Positions 17,371 through 27,438 of a stretch of 56,002 nucleotides of DNA are shown here, one piece after another; position 1 is the stretch's first letter, and every line of letters begins with the position of its first letter. Made by a program: the position numbers and the translations under genes. Source of the DNA: Desulfuromonadaceae bacterium (lineage in GTDB: Bacteria > Desulfobacterota > Desulfuromonadia > Desulfuromonadales > Geopsychrobacteraceae); NCBI GenBank assembly GCA_030595055.1, contig JAUVEB010000001.1, forward strand, positions 1-56,002, given 5' to 3'. The notes beneath the pieces were generated by a model. That model was not told where the DNA came from and did no database searches. It saw nothing but the letters and a program-made list of their open reading frames with translations.

Positions 17371-19946
17371 TGGATTCTGCGCCAAAGCATGGCGGCAATC
17401 TACGCCAAGCCAGTGAAACCAGCGGTTTACCACAGGAGGAGCTGATCGATTTCTCCGCCAGTATCAATCCACTCGGTTTTCCGCAATGGTTGCGCCCCCT
17501 TGTCAGCGCTCAGGTAAGTGCTCTGGCACACTACCCCGATCCTGAGGCGGAGAAACTGGTCGTTGCACTGGCCGCACGTCATCAAATTGACCCTGATCAA
17601 GTGATAGTTGGTAACGGTGCAAGTGAACTTCTCTATCTGTTACCGCAAATTCTGGGACACAAGCGTTTGCTGGTGCCGGCTCCAAGTTACGGGGACTATA
17701 TCGCCATGGCGGGAGCAGCGGGCTTGCAGGTTGATACCCTGCCATTGCTGGCCAAAAACGAGTTTCAACTTAATCTTGCTCAACTTTCGAAAACATTGAA
17801 GGATGACCATCTGGTGGTCATTGGCCATCCCAACAACCCCACCGGAAAGTTATGCAATACCCAAGCGTTACGGGAACTGATCCGTAACCGTCCGCAAAAT
17901 TATTTCATTGTTGATGAATCTTTTATCGATTTTACCGACCCAGAGCATTCACTACGCTGGCAGCGACCTGCCAACCTGATCATTGTCCAATCGATGACCA
18001 AATCCTGGGCTATTCCCGGCCTGCGTTTGGGCTACGCCCTGGCAGATCAAAAAGTGGTTGCCGCCATGCGCCGCTTGCGCCCCGATTGGTCGGTGAATAC
18101 CATTGCGCAAGCGGTGGGTATTCGCGCCTTGCAGGACGGCGATTTCCTTAAACGGACACGCGATTATGTACGCCAGCAGCGCCTGGTTCTTTTTGCAAAA
18201 CTCAAGGAAATACGTGGCCTGCATCCCTTTTCTGGCGACGCCAATTTTCTCCTTGTCCGCATTGATCATCCCACTATGGATGCTTCTACACTGTCGTGCA
18301 ACTTACTGAAAAAAGGGGTTGTTATTCGCAGCTGTGACAATTTCCAGGGGCTCGATAACCGCTATTTCCGGGTTGCTGTGCGTACTGTCGAGGAGCAGCA
18401 ACGATTATGCGATGAACTGCGTGCTTGCCTGCAATCCGGAATACCAAAGAAAAAAGCTCACAAAACTCCAGCCATCATGTTTCAGGGAACTGGTTCCAAT
18501 GCCGGGAAAAGTGTCCTCACCGCAGCTCTGTGTCGCATTCTCCACCAGGATGGAGTGTCGGTTGCGCCGTTCAAAGCGCAGAACATGTCACTCAATTCGT
18601 GTGTCACTTTTCAGGGTGGTGAGATGGGTCGGGCGCAGGTACTGCAAGCTCAAGCCTGTCGTCTCGACGCTAATGTGCGGATGAATCCGGTCCTGCTCAA
18701 ACCGAGCAGCGCCACCGGTTCGCAGGTGATTGTTTGCGGCAAGGCGCTGGAAACGATGCACTTTCGTGACTATGCCGAACGACGTACAGGGATTTTTACC
18801 CAAGTGCAGCAGTGCTACGACAACCTTGCCGGTGAACATCAGGTGATGGTGCTGGTGGGGGCGGGTAGCCCGGCGGAGATCAATCTCAAATCGCACGATA
18901 TTGTCAATATGAATATGGCACGCTATGCCGATGCCAAGGTTCTGCTTGTTGGCGATATCGACCGGGGTGGAGTGTTTGCCTCCTTTGTCGGCACTATGGA
19001 ACTGCTCAATGAATGGGAGCGGCAGTTGGTCAGTGGTTTTGTCATCAATCGTTTTCGGGGTGACAAAACGCTGCTTGGTGATGCCCTGGATTTAACCACC
19101 CGGCATACGGGGAAACCTTTTTGGGGCACTGTTCCCTATCTCCATAATCTTGGTCTGCCGGAGGAAGATTCGGTTGATTTCAAGGATGGACTTCTCGATG
19201 CGGACGAAAAAGGGAGCGATACCCTCGACATTGCCCTCATCGACCTGCCGCACATCTCCAACTTTACCGATGTGGATGCCCTGCGTGCAGAAACAGATGT
19301 GCATGTGCGCCGAGTGTGTCAGGTTGCCGATCTGGGTCAACCGGATGCGGTTATTCTGCCGGGGACAAAAAATGTAATTTATGATCTGGACTATCTGGTC
19401 AAGTCTGGACTGGCCGATGCGATTCGTCAATTAGCCGAGGCAAGGGCAACGGAGATTGTTGGTATCTGCGGTGGCTATCAACTGCTGGGAGGGAAAATTG
19501 ACGATCCCAACGCAATTGAATCCTTCGGGGAAAGCCGTCAGGGGCTCGGCTTACTGCCGATGAATACAGTTTTGCAGCCAGACAAGATAATGACCCGTTG
19601 TCAGGCGACCCACTTGTCCTCGGATGAGTTACTTCACGGTTATGAAATTCATCATGGAACCAGCACCGGCGACAACCTTAAACCTCTGATTCATCGTGAA
19701 GACGGTGCGGTCATCGGCAGCTGTATGGCGGGACGGGAGCATATTTGGGGAACCTATCTGCATGGCGTCTTTGATGCGGATCGCTTCCGCCGTTGGTTTC
19801 TTGACCGCTTGCGACAACGGAAAGGGTGGCAGGTGATCGGCAGGGTGCGATCTCCCTACGATCTGGAACCTGCCCTCGACCGCTTGGCCGACCATGTGCG
19901 CTCTGCCCTGGATATGGACAAAATCTATCAGGTGCTCAGGCTGTGA
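17370..19946 (+). CDS. cobQ: Fused threonine-phosphate decarboxylase (CobD) / cobyric acid synthase (CobQ/CbiP)
   Basis: N-half: HGGN, DFSASINPLG, PNNPTG, SMTKSWAIPGLRLGY. C-half: GTGSNAGKS, PFKAQNMSLNS, GICGGYQ, GTYLHG. TGATG coupling with cobS. Confidence 0.92.
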   Translation: MDSAPKHGGNLRQASETSGLPQEELIDFSASINPLGFPQWLRPLVSAQVSALAHYPDPEAEKLVVALAARHQIDPDQVIVGNGASELLYLLPQILGHKRLLVPAPSYGDYIAMAGAAGLQVDTLPLLAKNEFQLNLAQLSKTLKDDHLVVIGHPNNPTGKLCNTQALRELIRNRPQNYFIVDESFIDFTDPEHSLRWQRPANLIIVQSMTKSWAIPGLRLGYALADQKVVAAMRRLRPDWSVNTIAQAVGIRALQDGDFLKRTRDYVRQQRLVLFAKLKEIRGLHPFSGDANFLLVRIDHPTMDASTLSCNLLKKGVVIRSCDNFQGLDNRYFRVAVRTVEEQQRLCDELRACLQSGIPKKKAHKTPAIMFQGTGSNAGKSVLTAALCRILHQDGVSVAPFKAQNMSLNSCVTFQGGEMGRAQVLQAQACRLDANVRMNPVLLKPSSATGSQVIVCGKALETMHFRDYAERRTGIFTQVQQCYDNLAGEHQVMVLVGAGSPAEINLKSHDIVNMNMARYADAKVLLVGDIDRGGVFASFVGTMELLNEWERQLVSGFVINRFRGDKTLLGDALDLTTRHTGKPFWGTVPYLHNLGLPEEDSVDFKDGLLDADEKGSDTLDIALIDLPHISNFTDVDALRAETDVHVRRVCQVADLGQPDAVILPGTKNVIYDLDYLVKSGLADAIRQLAEARATEIVGICGGYQLLGGKIDDPNAIESFGESRQGLGLLPMNTVLQPDKIMTRCQATHLSSDELLHGYEIHHGTSTGDNLKPLIHREDGAVIGSCMAGREHIWGTYLHGVFDADRFRRWFLDRLRQRKGWQVIGRVRSPYDLEPALDRLADHVRSALDMDKIYQVLRL

Positions 19947-20887
19947 TACCGATTTCTGCACAGATTCTACTGGCACTGTTTCTCGATTTCTTGCTCGGTG
20001 ACCCGCGCTGGTTTCCCCATCCAGTTAAAGGAATCGGGAGGCTGGCATTATTAATTGAAGATCCACTGCGCCGCGTATTTCCTCATCGTACCGCAGGTGT
20101 GATTGCCGTATTACTGGTAGTGATAACAAGCACCGGTTTGGTTTGGCTCTGTTGCCACCTGGCAACAGCCATCCATCCTCTTTGCGGTGATCTGGTATCG
20201 GTTCTGTTTCTTGCCACCTGTTTTGCCATGCAGGATTTACGGCACCATGCTCTGGCGGTTTACCGGACACTTGCCACAGGAGACCTGCCTCAGGCGAGGA
20301 GCAAAGTGGCGATGCTAGTGGGACGCGATACGAAAAATCTGGATGAAGAGGAGATCGCCCGCGCTACGATAGAAAGTGTCTCCGAAAATACCGTGGATGG
20401 AGTGACAGCTCCTCTGCTCTTCGCCTTTGTCGCTGGTACCCCCGGTGCCATTTTATACAAGGCAATCAATACACTGGATTCAACCTACGGCTATAAGAAC
20501 GAATGCTATCTTCAATTTGGCTGGGCCGCTGCACGACTTGACGATCTAGTCAACTTCCTCCCGGCGCGGATCAGCGCACTGTTGGTACCACCAGCTGCCT
20601 GGTTGACAGGACAGAATGGCGGTCAGGCATGGCGCACCTTTCGTCGGGATCGGCACAACCACCCCAGTCCCAACGGTGGTCAGATCGAGGCAGCTTTTGC
20701 CGGAGCGTTGCGTATCCAGTTGAGTGGAAAAATCAGCTATAGTAGCAAAATGTCATTCCGTCCTTGCCTGGGAGACCCGCTGGAGAGGATAATTTCAGAT
20801 AAAATAAAAACGGCCCTCCGCCTGATGGTGGTAACTTCACTTTGCGTGGTGGTGAGTGGGGTTCTACTGAGAGTAATGACATATTAA
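19943..20887 (+). CDS. cbiB: Adenosylcobinamide-phosphate synthase
   Basis: GDPRWFPHPV, LVGRDT, ESVSEN, YKAINTLDS and HPSPNGG motifs; GTGA coupling. Confidence 0.92.
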   Translation: MIPISAQILLALFLDFLLGDPRWFPHPVKGIGRLALLIEDPLRRVFPHRTAGVIAVLLVVITSTGLVWLCCHLATAIHPLCGDLVSVLFLATCFAMQDLRHHALAVYRTLATGDLPQARSKVAMLVGRDTKNLDEEEIARATIESVSENTVDGVTAPLLFAFVAGTPGAILYKAINTLDSTYGYKNECYLQFGWAAARLDDLVNFLPARISALLVPPAAWLTGQNGGQAWRTFRRDRHNHPSPNGGQIEAAFAGALRIQLSGKISYSSKMSFRPCLGDPLERIISDKIKTALRLMVVTSLCVVVSGVLLRVMTY

Positions 20888-20898
20888 GAGGTATATCC

Positions 20899-21420
20899 AT
20901 GGCAAAAAACATCCTGATTTTTACCGGCAACGGCAAGGGTAAATCAACTGCCGCCTTTGGCATGGCACTGCGGGCTGCCGGTCACGGGCAGAGAATTCTG
21001 ATCCTCCAGTTCATGAAATCGGACGATTCCACCGGTGAATTGGTCAGTTTTCGAGAGAAGCTGGGGATCGATATCCGCCTGACTGGACTTGGTTTTGTGC
21101 CAAAACCAGAGCATCCCAAATATCCCGCCCACCGGGAAGCGGCGCAACAGGGGTTTGCCTCTGCGTGTAAAGCGATGCAGAGCGGCGAATACGACCTGTT
21201 GGTTCTCGATGAGATCTGCGGTGCTGTTGCCTGTGGGCTGGTTGATGAGGAACAGGTTCTTGGAGTTCTGGAAACATCGCGTGATGATCTTAATATTGTC
21301 CTCACCGGACGCAATGCAACTCCAGCAATGATTGAAATGGCCGATACGGTAACGGAGATGGTACCCCATAAGCACGCTCTGGATAGTGTGATTCCAGCCC
21401 GGAAAGGGGTTGAGTTTTGA
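20899..21420 (+). CDS. cobO: Cob(I)yrinic acid a,c-diamide adenosyltransferase (CobO/BtuR type)
   Basis: TGNGKGKSTAAFG, QFMK, LDE, LTGR and KH...GVEF motifs. Confidence 0.92.
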   Translation: MAKNILIFTGNGKGKSTAAFGMALRAAGHGQRILILQFMKSDDSTGELVSFREKLGIDIRLTGLGFVPKPEHPKYPAHREAAQQGFASACKAMQSGEYDLLVLDEICGAVACGLVDEEQVLGVLETSRDDLNIVLTGRNATPAMIEMADTVTEMVPHKHALDSVIPARKGVEF

Positions 21421-22838
21421 TGAATTCTGTCGATTGTGACAGACCACGCCTGCTGATTGCAGGTGTGCACAGCGGAGTGGGAAAATCCTCTATCACTCTG
21501 GCTCTAGTCGCGGCACTTCGGCGGCGTGGGCTCAAGGTGCAGACCTTCAAGGTTGGCCCCGACTATCTCGATCCCAGTCACTTGGCGCATGTTTCAGGCC
21601 GTCCCTGCTTTAACCTAGATGGCTGGATGACGGATCAGAGGTATGTTGAAGAGCTGTTTTGCACCGCTTCTGCCGATGCCGATATCAGCCTGATTGAGGG
21701 GGTGATGGGGCTGTTTGATGGCAGCAGCAGTGACAGTTTGCGTGGCAGCAGCGCCGAGATTGCCGCCTGGCTCAAAGCGCCGGTGGCACTGGTGGTTAAT
21801 ACGCATGGCATGGCGCGTAGTCTCGCTGCACTGGTCAAGGGATATAACGAATTTGAGCCGGGAGTAAAGCTTGCCGGGATTCTGGCGAACCGTTGTGGTT
21901 CGCCATCGCATGTGACCTTGCTTGACAAGGCTTTACAGGGTTCGGATCAGCCGCCACTTCTGGGGGCAATTGGTAGAGACCGTTTGCCGTTTCTTGCCAG
22001 TCGCCATCTTGGGCTGGTCTCGGCAGAGGAACATTGTCTCGATGACCGAACCATTGCGCAATTGGCTGACGTTGCTGAAGAACAGATCGATTTTGATTCT
22101 CTTTTGCGCACGGCACACATTGTGGAACCCTTGCCGCAACAGTCGGCTTTATCGACATTCACGGGACCCGATCCTAAAGTTCGTTTGGCGGTTGCACGTG
22201 ATGAAGCATTTCAGTTTTATTACGCTGATCTGTTTACTGCACTTGAGCAGCAGGGTTGTACGCCGGTATTTTTTTCACCGCTGCATAACATTGGTCTGCC
22301 GGATAATGTGGATGGTTTGTACCTCGGTGGCGGTTACCCGGAGGTTTATGCGCAGGTACTTTCGAAAAACCGAGCAATGATCTGCGCTGTACGTGCTTTT
22401 TGCGATAGCGGAAAACCGGTTTACGCTGAGTGTGGTGGGTTAATTTATCTTTCACAAGGGGTTGAGCAGGAGGGACAGTGTTTTTCCCTGGTTGGCACGA
22501 TGCCGGTTTGGGCGCGAATGCTGAAAAAACGCAAGGCTCTTGGTTATGTCGAGGTAACTTTGGAGCAGGATTCGTTGTTCGGGCGGCGCGGAGAGAGCTT
22601 TCGCGGGCATGAGTTTCACTATTCGGAACTTGTAGAACCACCGACAGGCCAGGATGGTTGGCAGGCTGTTTATCTGCTCAAGCAGAACCGAACCGGAAAT
22701 TGCAGTGTCGAAGGCTATCAAAAGGATAATATTCTGGCCAGTTATGCGCATCTGCACCTTGCCTCTAGACCGAAAGCACTGACCCGTTTTGTTGAACATA
22801 TGAGAACGACATCGGACAGGAGACAAAGTGACAAATAG
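21420..22838 (+). CDS. cbiA: Cobyrinate a,c-diamide synthase
   Basis: FKVGPDYLDP, IEGVMGLFDG, SRHLGL, AECGG and GHEFHYS motifs. Confidence 0.94.
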   Translation: MNSVDCDRPRLLIAGVHSGVGKSSITLALVAALRRRGLKVQTFKVGPDYLDPSHLAHVSGRPCFNLDGWMTDQRYVEELFCTASADADISLIEGVMGLFDGSSSDSLRGSSAEIAAWLKAPVALVVNTHGMARSLAALVKGYNEFEPGVKLAGILANRCGSPSHVTLLDKALQGSDQPPLLGAIGRDRLPFLASRHLGLVSAEEHCLDDRTIAQLADVAEEQIDFDSLLRTAHIVEPLPQQSALSTFTGPDPKVRLAVARDEAFQFYYADLFTALEQQGCTPVFFSPLHNIGLPDNVDGLYLGGGYPEVYAQVLSKNRAMICAVRAFCDSGKPVYAECGGLIYLSQGVEQEGQCFSLVGTMPVWARMLKKRKALGYVEVTLEQDSLFGRRGESFRGHEFHYSELVEPPTGQDGWQAVYLLKQNRTGNCSVEGYQKDNILASYAHLHLASRPKALTRFVEHMRTTSDRRQSDK

Positions 22839-23511
22839 CGACAGGCCACTGATTTATGACCTGCTTGAAAACCCACTCAGTGGACAGCAGATTGAAGATC
22901 GTTCTTTTGCCGCGATTGATGCAGAAGCTGCATCACATAGTTATTCATCCGATGAATGGCAGGTGGTGCGACGCCTCATTCATACCACGGCAGATTTTGC
23001 CATGAGTAATCTGGTCCATTTTTCACCACAGGCGATTGTATCGGCAATCACCGCTCTGCGTAGTGGAAAAACGATCTACGCCGATAGCAATATGATTCGT
23101 TCCGGGTTGTCCGTTGCCCGTTTGCAGCAACTGTATCAGGGGTACGAACGTGAAAGTATCCTCTGTCATGTGGCAGATGATGAGGTGGTTGCCGAGGCAA
23201 AAAAATCGGGGTTGCCCCGCTCGCTGTTTGCCATCCGCAAAGCCGGTAAAAATCTCAATGGGGGAATTGTCCTTGTTGGCAATGCTCCGGTGGCTTTACT
23301 TGAGCTCAATCGTATGGCGGTGGAAGAAAACATTCGCCCGGCTCTGGTGATCGGTATGCCGGTTGGCTTTGTTCATGTTTTGGAGAGTAAAGAAGAATTA
23401 ATGCGCAGCGGACTCCCGTTTATAGTTTTAGAAGGGCGGCGTGGAGGCAGTCCATTGGCAGTCGCAACTTTGCATGCCCTATGCACAATTGCCACTGGAC
23501 AGACTATTTAA
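22828..23511 (+). CDS. cbiC: Cobalt-precorrin-8 methylmutase
   Basis: IEDRSF, RRLIHTTADF, GNAP, GMPVGFV and GRRGGS motifs. Confidence 0.93.
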   Translation: MTNSDRPLIYDLLENPLSGQQIEDRSFAAIDAEAASHSYSSDEWQVVRRLIHTTADFAMSNLVHFSPQAIVSAITALRSGKTIYADSNMIRSGLSVARLQQLYQGYERESILCHVADDEVVAEAKKSGLPRSLFAIRKAGKNLNGGIVLVGNAPVALLELNRMAVEENIRPALVIGMPVGFVHVLESKEELMRSGLPFIVLEGRRGGSPLAVATLHALCTIATGQTI

Positions 23512-23539
23512 CCAACAACTATCTAAGAGGAGAAAGAAA

Positions 23540-24403
23540 ATGTCGATGAAATTTTTATGTAAGGGAGTGATATTTATGTGTTTACTGACCACAATGATGG
23601 TTGCACCAGCTTTTGCGAATGCAGAGAAGCACTTGAAAAAACCAGCTATCGTACTGGTTGCTTTCGGCACATCAGTCGATACGGCACGACCGGTTTTTGA
23701 TCACATTGATACACAAGCCCGCAAACGCTATATCGGGTATGATATCCACTGGGCTTTTACTTCGCAATTTATTATCGACAAATTAAAGCGACAAGGAATC
23801 GTTACGCAGAATGTTGCCGAAGTGGTAGCCGAACTGCGTAAAAAAGGGGTAAAGTCGGTTGTTTTTCAGAGCCTGCATGTGGTTCCGGGACAGGAGTACA
23901 ACAGTGTACTGAAAGAGGATACCAGTGGTTTTCAGGTCGCTTTTGGTGATGCGTTGATGACCAGTGACAAGGATATTGATGCCGTTGTTGCCGCCTTGGG
24001 TAAAAACATTGATGCGCAGCAATCTACTGTTGTTGTCGCCCATGGCAACGATCACCACCCCGAATTCAATCAACAGTTAGTTGCTCTGACAAATGTTATC
24101 GAAAAGAAATATCCGAATCTGGTCGTTGCCAGTGTTGAGGGGCAACCGGGTATTGGTTCGTTGGAAAAAGTGAAAGTAAACAGTGACAAACAGGGTTCAG
24201 TCAAGTTTGTGCCGCTGATGATTGTTGCTGGAGATCACATTATGAACGATGTGATGGGTGACGAAGAGGATAGTTGGAAATCGATTATTCAGGCAAAAAA
24301 ATCGGAATGTGCTGCATCACTGGGATGGAACAATGCCATTTTGAAAATCTATTTCAGTCATCTTGATAAGGCACTGCAACAACTGGACAAAGGGCGTAAT
24401 TAG
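23540..24403 (+). CDS. cbiK: Sirohydrochlorin cobaltochelatase CbiK with an N-terminal signal peptide
   Basis: AFGTS, AFTS, QSLHVVPGQEY, AHG, VEG and PLMIVAGDH motifs; N-terminus MSMKFLCKGVIFMCLLTTMMVAPAFA; GAGGAG SD. Confidence 0.88.
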   Translation: MSMKFLCKGVIFMCLLTTMMVAPAFANAEKHLKKPAIVLVAFGTSVDTARPVFDHIDTQARKRYIGYDIHWAFTSQFIIDKLKRQGIVTQNVAEVVAELRKKGVKSVVFQSLHVVPGQEYNSVLKEDTSGFQVAFGDALMTSDKDIDAVVAALGKNIDAQQSTVVVAHGNDHHPEFNQQLVALTNVIEKKYPNLVVASVEGQPGIGSLEKVKVNSDKQGSVKFVPLMIVAGDHIMNDVMGDEEDSWKSIIQAKKSECAASLGWNNAILKIYFSHLDKALQQLDKGRN

Positions 24404-24409
24404 TCTGAT

Positions 24410-25627
24410 ATGCGGTTGTTGATGGTTGTTCTGCTCAGTTATTGTTTATTGTCCGGTACTGTTTTTGCCGCAGACATTGAGGCGGGAGCAGATAGGCAAA
24501 ATGATGCACAGAGTTTTGAGCAGCGAACAGAACCTAATAGCGTTGTTGATGTTCAGTCGAAATCGGCACTTAAACGGCTGCGTCCCCAGGGGGAAACGGG
24601 CAAAGCTTTTGTGGCAGAGCGTAAGAAGCAACACAGCAGCTCGGCATACACCAAATGGAAGCGCCATCTCCCTTTCTGGCCGCGTAAGGGGATGCTGCTA
24701 CTGGAACTTTCCCTGTTTATCAGCATCGGTATTTTTCTTGGTCAGATTCTGGAAATTTCGGGGAGCATGAGGCTGCTATCGGTCTTGACCCTGCCGATAA
24801 CCGTCATCGGCAAAATCCGGCGAGAAGCGGGACCCGCCTTTCTCATGGCACTCCAATCCGGAGCCGTTGCCAATAGTATGCTGGTCTCACAACGGGATCA
24901 GGGTTCCCTCGATAATCGTGAGCTTTACACTTCGGTTTATGTGGTGTCTGCTCTCTCACTGTTTGCCCATCTGCCAACCTTTGTCATTCCCATTGGGGTG
25001 GCATTTGGCTGGGAGGCGACAATAGCTTTATTCTCTGTCCGTTTTACTGCGATTGCAGTACAGATTGTGGTCACCTTGCTGTTGTCCCGTTTGCTGATTC
25101 GGCGCTTGTTCCCCAGCGGACAATTCGTTTGCCCGAGCGAACCGGTTTCCGTGCGGGAAGTGCGGCAACGACAGGGTGGATTCTGGATAACCGTGTGGAA
25201 ACGTTCAAAAAAAACGTTGCGGCGTTTGCTCACCTACCTGATTCCCACCTTCATCTTGATGGCGGGGCTGGAGTATTTTGGTTTCTTCAAGTGGTTAGCA
25301 CAGGCGGTTCCGGCTCTATTTACCTTCCACTTTCTCCCCGCCGAATCGCTGGTCATCATTCCGGCACAGGCACTTAGTTTGTACAACGGGGCGATAGCAG
25401 CAGCCAATTTTATTGACGCCGGGCAAATCAGTACCCATCAGGCGGTAATTGTCATTCTATTTGGTTCCATGGTTACTGCACCGGTGCGTACGTTACGCCA
25501 TGCAATGCCCACCTATGTTGCCATCCTCGGAGCTCGACCAGGGATGGTAATGGCAATATCGGCACAGGTTATCCGCATGTTTTTTCTTTTTTTATGTACG
25601 CTCGGCCTGATGTGGTTGTGGCGGTAA
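24410..25627 (+). CDS. Polytopic membrane protein, probable nucleoside-recognition (Gate) domain type
   Basis: Signal-like N-terminus, a soluble stretch, then two hydrophobic halves separated by a basic linker. Family assignment is by resemblance only. Confidence 0.7.
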   Translation: MRLLMVVLLSYCLLSGTVFAADIEAGADRQNDAQSFEQRTEPNSVVDVQSKSALKRLRPQGETGKAFVAERKKQHSSSAYTKWKRHLPFWPRKGMLLLELSLFISIGIFLGQILEISGSMRLLSVLTLPITVIGKIRREAGPAFLMALQSGAVANSMLVSQRDQGSLDNRELYTSVYVVSALSLFAHLPTFVIPIGVAFGWEATIALFSVRFTAIAVQIVVTLLLSRLLIRRLFPSGQFVCPSEPVSVREVRQRQGGFWITVWKRSKKTLRRLLTYLIPTFILMAGLEYFGFFKWLAQAVPALFTFHFLPAESLVIIPAQALSLYNGAIAAANFIDAGQISTHQAVIVILFGSMVTAPVRTLRHAMPTYVAILGARPGMVMAISAQVIRMFFLFLCTLGLMWLWR

Positions 25628-25636
25628 AGTTGAAAA

Positions 25637-26386
25637 ATGGACATTAAAAAAGCACAGGCAGGTCATTTTTATGCTGTAGGCGTTGGGCCTGGTGATCCCG
25701 ACCTGTTGACTCTGCGAGCAGCACGGATAATTGAAGACGCCGATGTGATTCTTGCACCACAGTCGAAAAAATCGAAAAACAGTCTAGCGCTACAGGCTAT
25801 TGCACCATTATTGCGTGATCAGGAGGTGATAGTCAGTCAGTATCCAATGGTGCGGGATAACAGTAAAACGCGTGAGCGCTGGGGCTTTCTGGCAAAAGAA
25901 GTGAGTGATCGCTGTCGACGAGGGCAATCGGTGGTTCAGGTGACACTGGGTGATCCGCTGATCTTTGCCACAAGTTCCTATCTGATGGAAGCATTGGCCG
26001 AACAAATACCTGCCGAAAAGCTGCATGTGGAGCCCGGTATCAGTGCATTCCAGATGACGGCCAGTCGCTTTAACGAAGCGCTGACCTTGCAGGAGGATCG
26101 TCTATTGCTGATGTCGGCAACCGATCTGCAGGCGGTGGAGAAGGCTTTGAAGCAGTGTGAAACTCTTGTTCTCTTTAAAGCAGCGGGTGATTTGCCTGGA
26201 TTATTGGATTTGCTGGAGAGGCACAATCTTTTACAGCGAGCCAAACTGGTCAGTGCCGGAGGGCAAGGAGAGCACGAAGTTCGGGTTGCCGATCTTAGTC
26301 GTTGGCAGCCCCTTGATCTAGGTTACATGACAACGATGATTATCCATATCGACAAGCGTGGCTGGCAGGAGAGTGTAGCCAGTTGA
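25637..26386 (+). CDS. cbiL: Cobalt-precorrin-2 C20-methyltransferase, copy 1
   Basis: FYAVGVGPGDPDLLTLRA, YPM, TLGDP and PGISA motifs. Confidence 0.85.
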   Translation: MDIKKAQAGHFYAVGVGPGDPDLLTLRAARIIEDADVILAPQSKKSKNSLALQAIAPLLRDQEVIVSQYPMVRDNSKTRERWGFLAKEVSDRCRRGQSVVQVTLGDPLIFATSSYLMEALAEQIPAEKLHVEPGISAFQMTASRFNEALTLQEDRLLLMSATDLQAVEKALKQCETLVLFKAAGDLPGLLDLLERHNLLQRAKLVSAGGQGEHEVRVADLSRWQPLDLGYMTTMIIHIDKRGWQESVAS

Positions 26387-27438
26387 AATGGGGCATGACA
26401 ACCGGAACCTGTGCCGCTCTGGCGGCCAAGGCAGCGGCCATATTGCTGATGCGTGGCGAGCGACCAACTGAGGTAGATGTTCCCCTGCCCGATGGTAACC
26501 GCATACAGCATCGGGTGCATCTTTTTCAGAAAGATGGCAAGTCCGCTTCTGCAACGGTGGTTAAGGATGCGGGCGATGACCCCGACGTGACTCATGGCTC
26601 CTTTTTGATCTCTACCGTGAAGAAAAACAAACTCAAATCAATCCGCTTTTTTGCCGGTCAAGGTGTCGGCACGATCACTCGCGCCGGACTTGCCATCCCA
26701 CCCGGAGAACCGGCGATCAACCCCGGGCCGCGGACAATGATTTGTGCAGCATTACGGGAGGTAAGTGAGCAGGGCTTTGATGTCACCATTTCGGTTCCAA
26801 ACGGAGAAGAACTGGCACAAAAAACCTTTAATCCCCGCCTCGGTATTGTTGGCGGTATCTCCATCCTTGGCACTACCGGTCGGGTACGACCATTCAGCGC
26901 TCCGGCCTTGCGTGATGCCCTTAAGTGCGCTCTGGATGTTGCAATTGCTGCTGACATCAGAAACCTGGTACTGGTGCCGGGAAATATGGGGAATAAAGCG
27001 GCACAGCACCATTTTGCGGTGAACGAGCAGCAAATTGTCGATGTCAGTAACGAGTGGGGATTTATGCTCGCCGAGATAGAAAAACACTGCTTTGAACAGG
27101 TTTTGATCGTCGGACATCCAGGCAAATTGGGAAAATTGGCAAAGGGGCAGTGGCAAACTCATTCAGGCCAATCTGATTCGGCTGTTCCTTACATCAGCCA
27201 CCTGGCATCGCAGGTTTCATCATATCAGGTGGCAGGTGCGAATACCGTTGAAGAGTTATTTATGACCTGTCTCGAGAGCACGGAGAGACATCTGTTGGGG
27301 ACACTTCTTGCGACAGAGATCAAAAAAAAGATTCAACAGACCTATCCAGCACTGCCACCAACGGCTGTGGTTTTGATTAATCTGAAGGGGGAGATTATTG
27401 GTCATACCGGTGATCTTACTTTGTGGAGAGCGGAATGA
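26383..27438 (+). CDS. cbiD: Cobalt-precorrin-5B C1-methyltransferase
   Basis: GMTTGTCA, KDAGDDPDVTHG, AINPGP and TFNPRLGIVGGISILGTTG motifs; TTG start is uncertain. Confidence 0.93.
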   Translation: MKWGMTTGTCAALAAKAAAILLMRGERPTEVDVPLPDGNRIQHRVHLFQKDGKSASATVVKDAGDDPDVTHGSFLISTVKKNKLKSIRFFAGQGVGTITRAGLAIPPGEPAINPGPRTMICAALREVSEQGFDVTISVPNGEELAQKTFNPRLGIVGGISILGTTGRVRPFSAPALRDALKCALDVAIAADIRNLVLVPGNMGNKAAQHHFAVNEQQIVDVSNEWGFMLAEIEKHCFEQVLIVGHPGKLGKLAKGQWQTHSGQSDSAVPYISHLASQVSSYQVAGANTVEELFMTCLESTERHLLGTLLATEIKKKIQQTYPALPPTAVVLINLKGEIIGHTGDLTLWRAE

